A stretch of 64,000 nucleotides of DNA from NCBI GenBank assembly GCA_022823625.1, contig JAJEHQ010000011.1, positions 132,077-196,076 on the forward strand. The letters are read 5' to 3'. This DNA comes from Gammaproteobacteria bacterium. GTDB taxonomy: Bacteria > Pseudomonadota > Gammaproteobacteria > Arenicellales > JAJDZL01. The notes beneath the pieces were generated by a model that saw only the letters and a program-made list of their open reading frames with translations, was not told the DNA's origin and ran no database searches. A program made the translations under genes and the position numbers. How positions within the stretch are numbered: position 1 is the stretch's first letter; the number at the start of each line of letters is the position of its first letter. Of this stretch, positions 36,206 through 45,257 are shown piece by piece.

Positions 36206-39106
36206 ATGTCTGATACAGCCACAATAAAGCGTGACTTGTCGAAACGTATCAAATGCGAAGTGCTGACCGCTAATTTTGATCGCGGTCGATACGCGACCGA
36301 TGCATCAAGCTACCAGATGATGCCTCTGGCAGTTGTTCTTGCAGAGCACGAGAACGATGTTGTAGAGACAGTCGGCTATGCGGGACAGCAGGGAATTCCA
36401 CTCTTGCCCCGGGGTGGAGGGACATCGCAGTGCGGCCAGACAGTCAATCATGCAATTGTGCTGGATTACAGCAAATTCCTGAATCAGGTTATTGATCTCG
36501 ACATCGAAAACCGGCGTTGTCGGGTCCAAGGTGGTATCGTGCTAGATGAGTTGAATCGATTTCTCAAGCCCCATGGATTCTGGTTTCCCGTTGATGTCTC
36601 CACTGCGAGTCGAGCAACAATCGGTGGCATGACCGGTAACAATTCCTGCGGGAGCCGGTCCATTCGATATGGCTTGATGCGGGACAATGTCATTGCTGTG
36701 GATGCTTTGCTGCCGAGTGGTGAAACACTTGGCTTTGGTGAGACAGCTGTGAAGTCTGCAAGTATTCATCCTCTATTCAAGCAGTTCATCGATATCGGTG
36801 TTCGAGAACACAAAGAAATTGATTTGCGGTTTCCGAAGCAAATGCGACGGGTCGGTGGTTACAACATTGATGCTCTGGTTCCTCAAAAAGATTCAATCAA
36901 TCTAGCGCACCTGCTAGTTGGATCAGAAGGCACCCTGGCCCTAAGTCGCACCATCGACCTCAAACTATCTCAAATTCCAGACAACAAATTACTCGGCATC
37001 TGTCACTTCCCAACTTTTCATGCAGCAATGGAATCAGCCCAGCATATCGTCAAACTGGGACCCGTTGCTGTTGAACTCATTGACCGTACGATGATTGAAT
37101 TGTCCCGTGAAATTGAGATTTTTCAAGACACTGTCAAAAATATGGTCAATGGTGAACCAGAGGCTTTGCTGTTAGTTGAATTTGCTGAAAGCGATCAGTC
37201 CGAGAACTTTCGACGTTTGAAGGCACTGAGTGAATTGATGGCTGAACTCGGATACCAGTTTACAAATCCTAAACGATTCCGAGGCGGCGTGGTTGATGCG
37301 ATTGACCGAAAGTTTCAGGCTTCGGTGTTCGAAGTACGAAAGGCTGGTCTCAACATCATGATGTCTATGCGAGATGACCGCAAACCGGTTTCTTTCGTGG
37401 AAGACTGCGCAGTCGACCTTGAGGACCTAGCCGAGTATACCGACAGGCTAACAGAAATTTTCCATAAGCATGGCACCCGAGGAACCTGGTACGCGCATGC
37501 TTCTGTGGGTTGTCTACATGTTCGCCCTGTTTTGAACTTGCGCGAGGAACGGGATATCAAGGCTATGCGCGCCATTGCCGAAGAATGCTTTGACATGGTA
37601 CTCCAATACAAGGGATCGCACTCTGGAGAGCATGGAGACGGATTGTGCCGTTCGGAGTTCCACGAGAAGATGTTCGGCAAACGGATGGTTGAGACATTCG
37701 GTGAAATTAAGCGGCTGTGTGATCCGGCTGGAATAATGAATCCAGGGAAAATCATCAACCCGCCGAAGATGGATGATGCTCGACTATTCCGCTTCCCGCC
37801 CGAATACACCGTACCTGAAATCAGTACCGTCTTGGATTGGCGGGGCTGGACCGGTCAGGGCGGCGGCTTTCAAGGCGCCGTTGAAATGTGTAATAACAAT
37901 GGTGCCTGTCGAAAACTTTCTAGGGGTGTGATGTGTCCTTCCTATCGTGCAACCAAGGATGAGCGGCATGTGACTCGGGGTAGAGCGAATGTTCTGCGTC
38001 TCGCTATTTCCGGTCAACTCGGTACGGATGCATTGACCTCTGATGCGATGCGTGACGCGATGAAATATTGTGTCAGTTGCAAAGCCTGCCGACGGGAATG
38101 TCCAACCGGAGTTGACATGGCAAGGATGAAGATTGAAACTACCGCGGCTATATCAAGTGCTCACGGTATTACAACGCACGAGAAACTGATCGGTCATTTG
38201 CCACGTTTCGCGCGGTATGCCAGTCGTTTGTCCTGGATTAGTAGTCTAATCTCCAATTCTTCCGCTGTCCGTTCAGTTTTGGAACCCGTTACGCAATTGA
38301 GTCGTTATCGTCCGTTGCCAAAATGGCATCGAAATCCATTTTTACAGTCTCAAAGCCTAGGACCATCCAATGGCAAGCCGGTGGTCCTGTTTGCTGACAC
38401 TTTCAACAGGTGGTTTGAGCCGGCTAATCTGCGATCTGCGATAAGTGTTTTGGTCGCAGCGGGCTATCGCATACACTTTCCGATTTCGGATGACGGTCGG
38501 CATCCTTTGTGCTGCGGGCGTACCTATCTGACGAATGGTCTGATCGATGAGGCGAAGCTGGAAATTAACCGCTTGCTAACAGCAGTCGAATCCTACTTGA
38601 AACAGGGTATTCCGCTCGTTGGACTGGAGCCGAGTTGTCTGCTTGGTCTGCGAGACGAGATTCCGCTATTGGTCAGTAGCGATGTCTCGGAATTGCTGGC
38701 ACAAAATTCGTTCCTGTTTGAAGAGTTCTTGGAAAAGGAAAACCCCGACCTCAAACTGAATCCTATTGATCGAGTTGCCCTGATTCACGGTCACTGTCAT
38801 CAGAAGTCATTTGATCAGATGAGTGATGTTGAAAGTGTGCTAGCTCGAATTCCCGAATTGAAGTCTAGTGTCATTGATTCCGGTTGCTGCGGTATGGCTG
38901 GTGCATTCGGCTACGGTAGGCATACCTGGCGCATTTCAAACAAGATGGCAGAACTTGATCTGTTACCGGCGATTCGCGAGGCGAAAGAGGACACAATCAT
39001 AGTTGCAGATGGAACTTCCTGCCGCCACCAGATTGAACTGGGTACTGGCAGGCAATCTATACACGTCGCACAGTTGTTGGAATCCGCCTTACAGAGTAAC
39101 GATTGA
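36206..39106 (+). CDS. FAD-linked oxidase fused to a 4Fe-4S / CCG-domain module (YdiJ/GlcD-GlcF-like 2-hydroxyacid dehydrogenase)
   Basis: 966 aa. The FAD-binding PCMH region has LLPRGGGTSQCGQ, the ferredoxin-type cluster motif is CVSCKACRRECP, and the C-terminus carries Cys-rich repeats (CCG...GCCGMAG). Confidence 0.85.
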   Translation: MSDTATIKRDLSKRIKCEVLTANFDRGRYATDASSYQMMPLAVVLAEHENDVVETVGYAGQQGIPLLPRGGGTSQCGQTVNHAIVLDYSKFLNQVIDLDIENRRCRVQGGIVLDELNRFLKPHGFWFPVDVSTASRATIGGMTGNNSCGSRSIRYGLMRDNVIAVDALLPSGETLGFGETAVKSASIHPLFKQFIDIGVREHKEIDLRFPKQMRRVGGYNIDALVPQKDSINLAHLLVGSEGTLALSRTIDLKLSQIPDNKLLGICHFPTFHAAMESAQHIVKLGPVAVELIDRTMIELSREIEIFQDTVKNMVNGEPEALLLVEFAESDQSENFRRLKALSELMAELGYQFTNPKRFRGGVVDAIDRKFQASVFEVRKAGLNIMMSMRDDRKPVSFVEDCAVDLEDLAEYTDRLTEIFHKHGTRGTWYAHASVGCLHVRPVLNLREERDIKAMRAIAEECFDMVLQYKGSHSGEHGDGLCRSEFHEKMFGKRMVETFGEIKRLCDPAGIMNPGKIINPPKMDDARLFRFPPEYTVPEISTVLDWRGWTGQGGGFQGAVEMCNNNGACRKLSRGVMCPSYRATKDERHVTRGRANVLRLAISGQLGTDALTSDAMRDAMKYCVSCKACRRECPTGVDMARMKIETTAAISSAHGITTHEKLIGHLPRFARYASRLSWISSLISNSSAVRSVLEPVTQLSRYRPLPKWHRNPFLQSQSLGPSNGKPVVLFADTFNRWFEPANLRSAISVLVAAGYRIHFPISDDGRHPLCCGRTYLTNGLIDEAKLEINRLLTAVESYLKQGIPLVGLEPSCLLGLRDEIPLLVSSDVSELLAQNSFLFEEFLEKENPDLKLNPIDRVALIHGHCHQKSFDQMSDVESVLARIPELKSSVIDSGCCGMAGAFGYGRHTWRISNKMAELDLLPAIREAKEDTIIVADGTSCRHQIELGTGRQSIHVAQLLESALQSND

Positions 39107-39199
39107 GTAATACCTTCCCACGGTGGGTATGATTTGCAAGCACAGTGTGCCGTATTGCACAAAATCTGTCTTATTACCCATCAGCATGGCAAGTAGGTG

Positions 39200-39228
39200 A
39201 AATCGTTCCATAATTCTTGGAACGATTT
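39200..39228. repeat. Perfect 10-bp inverted repeat (hairpin) in a long convergent spacer
   Basis: AAATCGTTCC-ataattctt-GGAACGATTT. It carries one of four GTTCCA motif copies found in 39200-39341. Confidence 0.5.
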
Positions 39229-39439
39229 AATGGAAATGAATCTATACTCTTGAAAAATAAGGGTATTATTGTTCCATACTTCTCAATGATCAAGCTCTTC
39301 TTTACTACATCGCAATCTATCGAAATTTCAGATGTTCCATAAATGTCGCGCTGTTGCTGGTATCGGAATTACAGAATAACGATTAATTTGGAGAAATGTA
39401 ATCAAGTCGGTGCTGCGCTAGTCACCAACTTCACTTCAA

Positions 39440-40300
39440 TTATTTTCCCTCAAAATTTGGTTTGCGCTTTTCATTGAATGCTTGAACTCCTTCACGCCGG
39501 TCGCGAGTTGGGACCGTTCGGTTGTAGGCTTCAATTTCAAACGCCAGTGCGTCGGACAGGCTCATTTGCACTCCCTTTTGAATAGACTGTTTAGCTTGTC
39601 GAATTGCGATGGGTGCGTTGGCAGAAATTTTTTCTGCTGTTTCAATAGCCGAATTTAAAAGTTGATCAAGTGGTACGATTTTATTGACCAGTCCCCATTT
39701 GAATGCCTCCTGTGCTGAAAATGACCTGCCTGTCAAAATGATCTCCTTGGCGCGACGCTCACCAACGGAGCGCGGTAGTGTTTGAGTTCCGCCGGCACCA
39801 GGAATGATCCCGAGTCCAGTTTCCGGAAGTGCAAAATGAGCGGTTTCTGAAGCATAAAGAAAATCCATCAAACATGCCAGTTCACATCCTCCACCGTAAG
39901 CTGCACCATTGACTGCTCCGATGACGGGAATGGGACAGTTTTTGATTGCTCTCACCATGCGTTCAATTTCCAGATGCTGTCTCGACCAAACTGAATCGTC
40001 CATTCCACGCCTTTCCTTTAAGTCGGCACCCGCACAAAATGCCCGTTTTCCGGCACCAATGACGACAATACATCGGTAGTCAGTCTGATCTAGTGCAACA
40101 CCTTCAAACAACTGATAAATGTCCCGGACCATCTGGGTGTTGAACGCGTTCGAAGCTTCTGGTCGGTTTAAAGTTACGATGAAGATATGGTCGCTGATCT
40201 CATCAATCAGTAACGTATCGTAAATTTCATTGGTTAAAGGTGATCGTGGCATCAGTGATTCACTCTCATCGGCGAGATTTTGGATTTTGCCATATTCCAT
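39440..40300 (-). CDS. Enoyl-CoA hydratase/isomerase (crotonase) family protein
   Basis: FCAGADLKER, AVNGAAYGGGCELA and G.IPGAGGTQ oxyanion-hole motifs. Confidence 0.85.
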   Translation of the reverse strand: MEYGKIQNLADESESLMPRSPLTNEIYDTLLIDEISDHIFIVTLNRPEASNAFNTQMVRDIYQLFEGVALDQTDYRCIVVIGAGKRAFCAGADLKERRGMDDSVWSRQHLEIERMVRAIKNCPIPVIGAVNGAAYGGGCELACLMDFLYASETAHFALPETGLGIIPGAGGTQTLPRSVGERRAKEIILTGRSFSAQEAFKWGLVNKIVPLDQLLNSAIETAEKISANAPIAIRQAKQSIQKGVQMSLSDALAFEIEAYNRTVPTRDRREGVQAFNEKRKPNFEGK

Positions 40301-40434
40301 CTCACGTTAATCATTATTGGATACTGATTTGCAAATTGTCGCGCAAACGTAGTCGTTGACGAATCGATTTTTACACCATATTAGTGCTCTGAAGACCGCT
40401 ACGAATGCATAGTGCTCTTTGAGTTTAACCAATT

Positions 40435-40473
40435 ACCTTGAAATATGAACACAATCTGTTCATATTTCAAGGT
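40435..40473. promoter_or_regulatory. Perfect 17-bp-arm palindrome in a divergent promoter region (candidate operator)
   Basis: ACCTTGAAATATGAACA-caatc-TGTTCATATTTCAAGGT lies between the divergently transcribed crotonase and acyl-CoA dehydrogenase genes. No flanking U-tract. Confidence 0.45.
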
Positions 40474-40752
40474 GCTATATTGATGATCCTAACAGACATT
40501 ACTAGTTCAATCGGTATTTGCTGGGCTCGGTTTAGTTCTTTACGGATTGGCTTGCAAGCGCAGAAATTCCTTAATGTCAAGTGCAAGCTACAAATCATCA
40601 GTTCATAAAGCGCATAATCAACTGTATTACGATAAAAGTAGCTTAATCCATTCCTATTTGAGATTGGAGAAACATGTGATGAATCTAACACAATCCCTCG
40701 AAATTGTTCAACGAAACACATGAGTGATATTCGCACGGTAGACTTGTAGATT

Positions 40753-41910
40753 GTGAAGTACCAACTTGACCACCAGGACATACGCGATGGAGTCTGGAAG
40801 CTTTGTCTCGATTTTGGGTCGAACTACTGGCAAAACTGTGACCGGAATCGTTCATACCCTGAAGAATTTGTCAATGCACTGACCCGTTCTGGTTACCTTG
40901 GTGCGCTTATTCCGAAGCAGTACGGTGGCTATGAGCTGCCAATTTCTGCCGCCGCTGCCATTCTGGAAGAAATTCACCGATCAGGTGGGAATGCAGCTGC
41001 GTGCCATGCTCAGATGTACATCATGGGGACGGTACTGCGTCACGGGTCAGAAGAACAGAAGGAAAAATATTTGCCCGGCATTGCAGATGGTTCTATTCGT
41101 CTTCAGGCGTTTGGTGTGACCGAACCCGGTAGCGGGACCGACACATCATCATTGCGCACCACAGCAGTTCGCTCAGGTGACCGCTATATCGTGAATGGTC
41201 AGAAAATCTGGACCTCCCGAGCCGAACACTCTGATCTGATGCTGTTATTGTGTCGTACAACACCAATTAATCAGGTGAAGAAGCGAAGCGACGGATTGTC
41301 GACGCTCCTGGTTGACACTCGGAAAATACCAGAATCACAGTTAATAATTCGTCCGGTTCGCACCATGATGAATCACTCAACGACGGAAGTGTTTTTTGAG
41401 GACATGGAGGTGCCCACTAATGCCTTGATCGGAGAGGAGGGAATGGGATTTCGGTACATTCTCTCTGGTATGAATGCCGAGCGGATATTGATTGCTGCGG
41501 AGTGTATCGGCGATGCGAAATGGTTTGTTGAAAAGGCAGTTGCCTATGCCAAAGAACGCGTGGTGTTCAGTCGTCCGATTGGACAGAACCAGGGAATACA
41601 GTTTCCAGTTGCCAGGGCGTACGCAGGAATGCGGGCTGCTGAGTTGATGCTCAAGGAAGCAGCGAGATTATTCGATGAAGGTGGAAATCCAGGTGAAGAG
41701 GCGAATTTGGCGAAACTGCTGGCTGCTGATGCGTCGTGGGAGGCTGCAGAGGCCTGTCTGCAAACGCATGGAGGATTTGGATTTGCCGAAGAATTTGACG
41801 TAGAAAGAAAGTTTCGAGAAACGCGGCTGTACCAGATCGCACCGATTTCAACCAATCTGATTTTGAGCTATCTCTCAGAACATGTCCTGGAGTTGCCAAG
41901 GTCGTATTAA
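40753..41910 (+). CDS. Acyl-CoA dehydrogenase family protein
   Basis: 385 aa with a GTG start. Motifs FGVTEPGSGTD, IWTSRAEHSD and GGFGFAEEFDVERKFRE are ACAD features. Confidence 0.85.
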   Translation: MKYQLDHQDIRDGVWKLCLDFGSNYWQNCDRNRSYPEEFVNALTRSGYLGALIPKQYGGYELPISAAAAILEEIHRSGGNAAACHAQMYIMGTVLRHGSEEQKEKYLPGIADGSIRLQAFGVTEPGSGTDTSSLRTTAVRSGDRYIVNGQKIWTSRAEHSDLMLLLCRTTPINQVKKRSDGLSTLLVDTRKIPESQLIIRPVRTMMNHSTTEVFFEDMEVPTNALIGEEGMGFRYILSGMNAERILIAAECIGDAKWFVEKAVAYAKERVVFSRPIGQNQGIQFPVARAYAGMRAAELMLKEAARLFDEGGNPGEEANLAKLLAADASWEAAEACLQTHGGFGFAEEFDVERKFRETRLYQIAPISTNLILSYLSEHVLELPRSY

Positions 41911-42075
41911 AAAACGATAACGCTCTTACGACTCTAAACTACGAGTAAACTAGCTATTTCCATCAAGTAATTTGGGACATTCGAAAAATTTGTCTCAGAT
42001 TCGACGATGATTTTGAGAAAATAAAGGGCTTCAGTCGACCCGTTTCAACAGTTTTTCATTTTTCCCTCGCCGTCC

Positions 42076-43173
42076 ATGACCCCTGAACTGCGTCCCGGCT
42101 TAGAAAACATCAAGCCGCACATGGTTGCGGCGGACGATAAAGCACTGGCTAGAACTCGCATCAACATAGCCTCCAATGAAAGTGCATTTGGCCCGTGTGA
42201 TCTGGCGATAGCTGCTGCCACCGAAGCGATTCAAAGAATGGAACGATATGCTGATGGTGCGGAAGCCGTATTGACCGAACGCGTCGCTCATCATCATGCA
42301 CTCAGTCCTGACGGTGTTGTTTGTGGGAATGGTTCCGATGATTTGTTGGCGAGACTCGCTCGTGCATTTTTAAGACCGGGCGACGAATTGATCTGCAGTA
42401 TCAACGGATATCAGAAAATTCCAAATTATGCTTACGCTAATGATGCCGTTCCTGTTCGCGCGAACGATAGTGACTTTACGACGAATGTCGATGAAGTTTT
42501 GAGTTGTTTGTCGTCCAAAACTCGAATCGTCATGATTGCAAATCCTGACAATCCCTCTGGCACTTGGGTGAGTGGGTCGGAAGTCAGGCGACTGCATCAG
42601 AATCTGCCGTCCAGCGTGCTCCTGATTCTGGATTCTGCCTATCTCGAATATGTTGATGACGATGAATTTGGAGACCCGGCCTCTCTTGTTGAAGAAAATG
42701 AAAATGTTGTAATGACAAGAACATTTTCAAAGATTTATGGCCTTGCTGGACTGCGCTTGGGATGGATGTACGCACCGAAACGAATCACTGATGCAATTCG
42801 AAAAATTGGAATGACTTTTCCGATTTCGAATGTCGCGTTTGAATGCGCCAAAGCTGCATTGGCGGACCGTGAATACACGAAGAGTGTATTTGAACGCAAC
42901 TTGAACGGGCGACAGAAGTTCGCTGCCACTCTTGAGCGTTTGGGTGCCCGAGTACTTCCTTCCCAAACCAATTTTTTGTTGGCAACATTTCCACCAGATC
43001 TAGTAGCGGCATCCGATCTACACCGTGAGTTGTTAGCACAGGGAATTTTCACCCGTCGCCTGGCATCTGACGCGTTCTCTGACTGCATTCGATTTACGAT
43101 TGGAACACCTTCTCAGATGAAAGAAGTTTCGCACGTTCTTCAGGACCTGATCAAAGGGCCCGCCACCGCTTAA
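42076..43173 (+). CDS. PLP-dependent aminotransferase, class I/II, HisC-like
   Basis: IANPDNPSGTW and TFSKIYGLAGLRLGW (PLP-lysine motif), 365 aa. Confidence 0.8.
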   Translation: MTPELRPGLENIKPHMVAADDKALARTRINIASNESAFGPCDLAIAAATEAIQRMERYADGAEAVLTERVAHHHALSPDGVVCGNGSDDLLARLARAFLRPGDELICSINGYQKIPNYAYANDAVPVRANDSDFTTNVDEVLSCLSSKTRIVMIANPDNPSGTWVSGSEVRRLHQNLPSSVLLILDSAYLEYVDDDEFGDPASLVEENENVVMTRTFSKIYGLAGLRLGWMYAPKRITDAIRKIGMTFPISNVAFECAKAALADREYTKSVFERNLNGRQKFAATLERLGARVLPSQTNFLLATFPPDLVAASDLHRELLAQGIFTRRLASDAFSDCIRFTIGTPSQMKEVSHVLQDLIKGPATA

Positions 43174-43187
43174 ATAACGGGGACAAT

Positions 43188-43694
43188 ATGACGCTGCCAA
43201 TCAAAGGTGCATCGATTATCAAGGCATTCGAGGATGCCGGAATTCAGTCTGTTGTCGCGCTGCCGGATATCGTTACCTGCGATACAGTGCTCTGGCCACT
43301 GTCATCGAACCCCAACTTCATGTTTATTCCGGTCTGCAAGGAAGATGAGGGAGTTTCGATTTGTGCGAGCCTTTCTTACTGTGGTCAGCGCGCACTGCTT
43401 TTAATTCAGCATACCGGCTTTCTGGATTCGATCAATGCAATACGCGCGATTGCGGTGGAATACCAGCTGCCGGTTGTCATGGTTGTCGGACTGCAGGGTT
43501 CTGACCCCGATACGCATCCGAACCAGTCAAAAAGCATTGGAATTCGAGCGCTTGGGCCGATTTGCGATGCCTTGGAACTTCGTCATGCTTTTGTCAAGGA
43601 TGAGGAGAGTGCCATCTCGATTGTTGAGATGATTGAAGCCGCATACGAGAACTCCTCACCGTGCGCAATATTTGTACCTAATCCGCCAGTCTGA
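43188..43694 (+). CDS. TPP-dependent 2-oxoacid decarboxylase, alpha (PYR-domain) subunit; sulfopyruvate/phosphonopyruvate decarboxylase family (ComD-like)
   Basis: 168 aa. VALPDIV...PVCKEDEGVSICASLSYCGQRALLLIQHTGF has the catalytic-Glu PYR-domain pattern, and it is a separate polypeptide as in ComD. Confidence 0.7.
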   Translation: MTLPIKGASIIKAFEDAGIQSVVALPDIVTCDTVLWPLSSNPNFMFIPVCKEDEGVSICASLSYCGQRALLLIQHTGFLDSINAIRAIAVEYQLPVVMVVGLQGSDPDTHPNQSKSIGIRALGPICDALELRHAFVKDEESAISIVEMIEAAYENSSPCAIFVPNPPV

Positions 43695-43700
43695 TCCAAC

Positions 43701-44288
43701 ATGATGAAACGAGATCAAGCGCTACAGGCACTAGCCCGACACTATCAGGACGGCATTGCAGTTGCTGTCTATCAGACGGCGTTTGACTGGATGCACATCA
43801 GACCGCATGACCTGAACTATTTTTGCACTGGTGCGATGGGTCAGGCATCTTCGCACGGATTGGGGTTGGCGTTGGGCGCCCCGGATGAAAAAGTAATCGT
43901 ATTGGACGGAGACGGCAGTCTGCTGATGAATCTCGGGTCGCTGGTTACAGTTGCCAATATGGCACCGAGAAACTTTTTTCATTTTGTCAGCCAGAACAAC
44001 ATGTATGAAGTGAACGGAAAAATTCCGATTCCCGGAGCGGCATCCATCAATTTTGATCATATGGCGATTGCGGCGGGATACAGACACGCTTTTTCCTTCG
44101 ATGACATCGGTCAATTCAATTCAGAGATCAAGGGAATTTTGGAATTGGAAGGTCCGGTGCTTGTTTGCATGCATATCGAACCAGGAGATTTCTATCCACT
44201 CGATTACGTTACACTCCACAGTGAAGAGACCCGGGTAAAATTTCGAAACGCTTTGAAATCTCGGCTACAATCACCACTTCAGGAATGA
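43701..44288 (+). CDS. TPP-dependent 2-oxoacid decarboxylase, beta (PP-domain) subunit (ComE-like)
   Basis: GAMGQASSHGLGLALGAPDEKVIVLDGDGSLLMNLGSLVTV...SQNN contains the GDG-x(25)-NN TPP/Mg motif. 195 aa. Confidence 0.75.
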   Translation: MMKRDQALQALARHYQDGIAVAVYQTAFDWMHIRPHDLNYFCTGAMGQASSHGLGLALGAPDEKVIVLDGDGSLLMNLGSLVTVANMAPRNFFHFVSQNNMYEVNGKIPIPGAASINFDHMAIAAGYRHAFSFDDIGQFNSEIKGILELEGPVLVCMHIEPGDFYPLDYVTLHSEETRVKFRNALKSRLQSPLQE

Positions 44289-44381
44289 GCTGAATCTTTT
44301 GGTGCAAAAAGCATATAAACTTTCGATTCAAGCCGCGAAAAACAACTGATATCAAAAGCGGCGGCTAGCAAGACAATCGAA

Positions 44382-45227
44382 ATGGCAAATCAACATACAC
44401 AATCGGCGGCGGGGTATAGAGTCCGACCACCTACACCGAGTATTTTGTTTACTCGGAAATCTCCCCTTATTGATATTGGGCAACTGCTATTGCTCGGAGG
44501 ATTGACTACATGGGTCATCTATAAGGGTGCGAAAGCCATGCAATACAACTGGCAGTGGTATCGGGTCGATCAATTCATTTACCGGATTATTGACGGTGAA
44601 TTGATTTGGGGGGCGTTAATGAAGGGACTGATGGTCACCTTTGAGATTACTGCAGTCAGCATGGTGCTGTCGGTGGTGATCGGGTTAGTTACCGCTCTGC
44701 TTCGGATGTCGAATTCATTTTCAGGCAAACTGATTGCGAATATCTATCTTGAATCAATTCGTAATACTCCGCTGCTTGTTCAACTATTCCTGTTCTATTT
44801 CATTATTGCACCAATTGTTGGAATTGACCGGTTCTGGACCGGGGTGCTGTGTCTGAGTTTTTTTGAAGGCTCTTTTGCAGCAGAAATCATTCGCGCGGGT
44901 ATTCAATCAGTACCTCGCGGTCAGACTGAAGCGGCCAAGGCGATCGGCTTTAGTCGCATCAATATGTATCGGGATGTGATTCTTCCACAAGCGATACCAA
45001 TAATCCTTCCGCCAATGACTGGGTTGATCATCAATCTGATCAAGCACTCAGCAATCGTCAGCGTGATTGCAGTTGCAGATTTGACGACAGAAGGATTAAA
45101 CATTATTTCGGAGACCTTTATGGCATTCGAAATCTGGTTTACAGTTGCTGGGATTTATCTTGTCGTGACTGTATCACTCTCATTATTCGTTTCATGGATG
45201 GAGTCTAAAGCCATGCGTGGACGGTAA
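44382..45227 (+). CDS. Polar amino acid ABC transporter permease (HisM/HisQ-like)
   Basis: EAA-type loop GQTEAAKAIGFSRINMYRDVILPQA. Confidence 0.85.
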   Translation: MANQHTQSAAGYRVRPPTPSILFTRKSPLIDIGQLLLLGGLTTWVIYKGAKAMQYNWQWYRVDQFIYRIIDGELIWGALMKGLMVTFEITAVSMVLSVVIGLVTALLRMSNSFSGKLIANIYLESIRNTPLLVQLFLFYFIIAPIVGIDRFWTGVLCLSFFEGSFAAEIIRAGIQSVPRGQTEAAKAIGFSRINMYRDVILPQAIPIILPPMTGLIINLIKHSAIVSVIAVADLTTEGLNIISETFMAFEIWFTVAGIYLVVTVSLSLFVSWMESKAMRGR

Positions 45228-45257
45228 TGTCATTTATTTTTTAGGAGAAAGTTAAAT

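Noticed and set aside
40467-40781. 104-aa minus-strand ORF in the divergent spacer.
   Set aside because: It has no RBS and an odd Cys/Tyr/Phe-rich composition. It spans the palindrome and overlaps the start of the acyl-CoA dehydrogenase gene, so it is most likely a chance ORF in AT-rich DNA.
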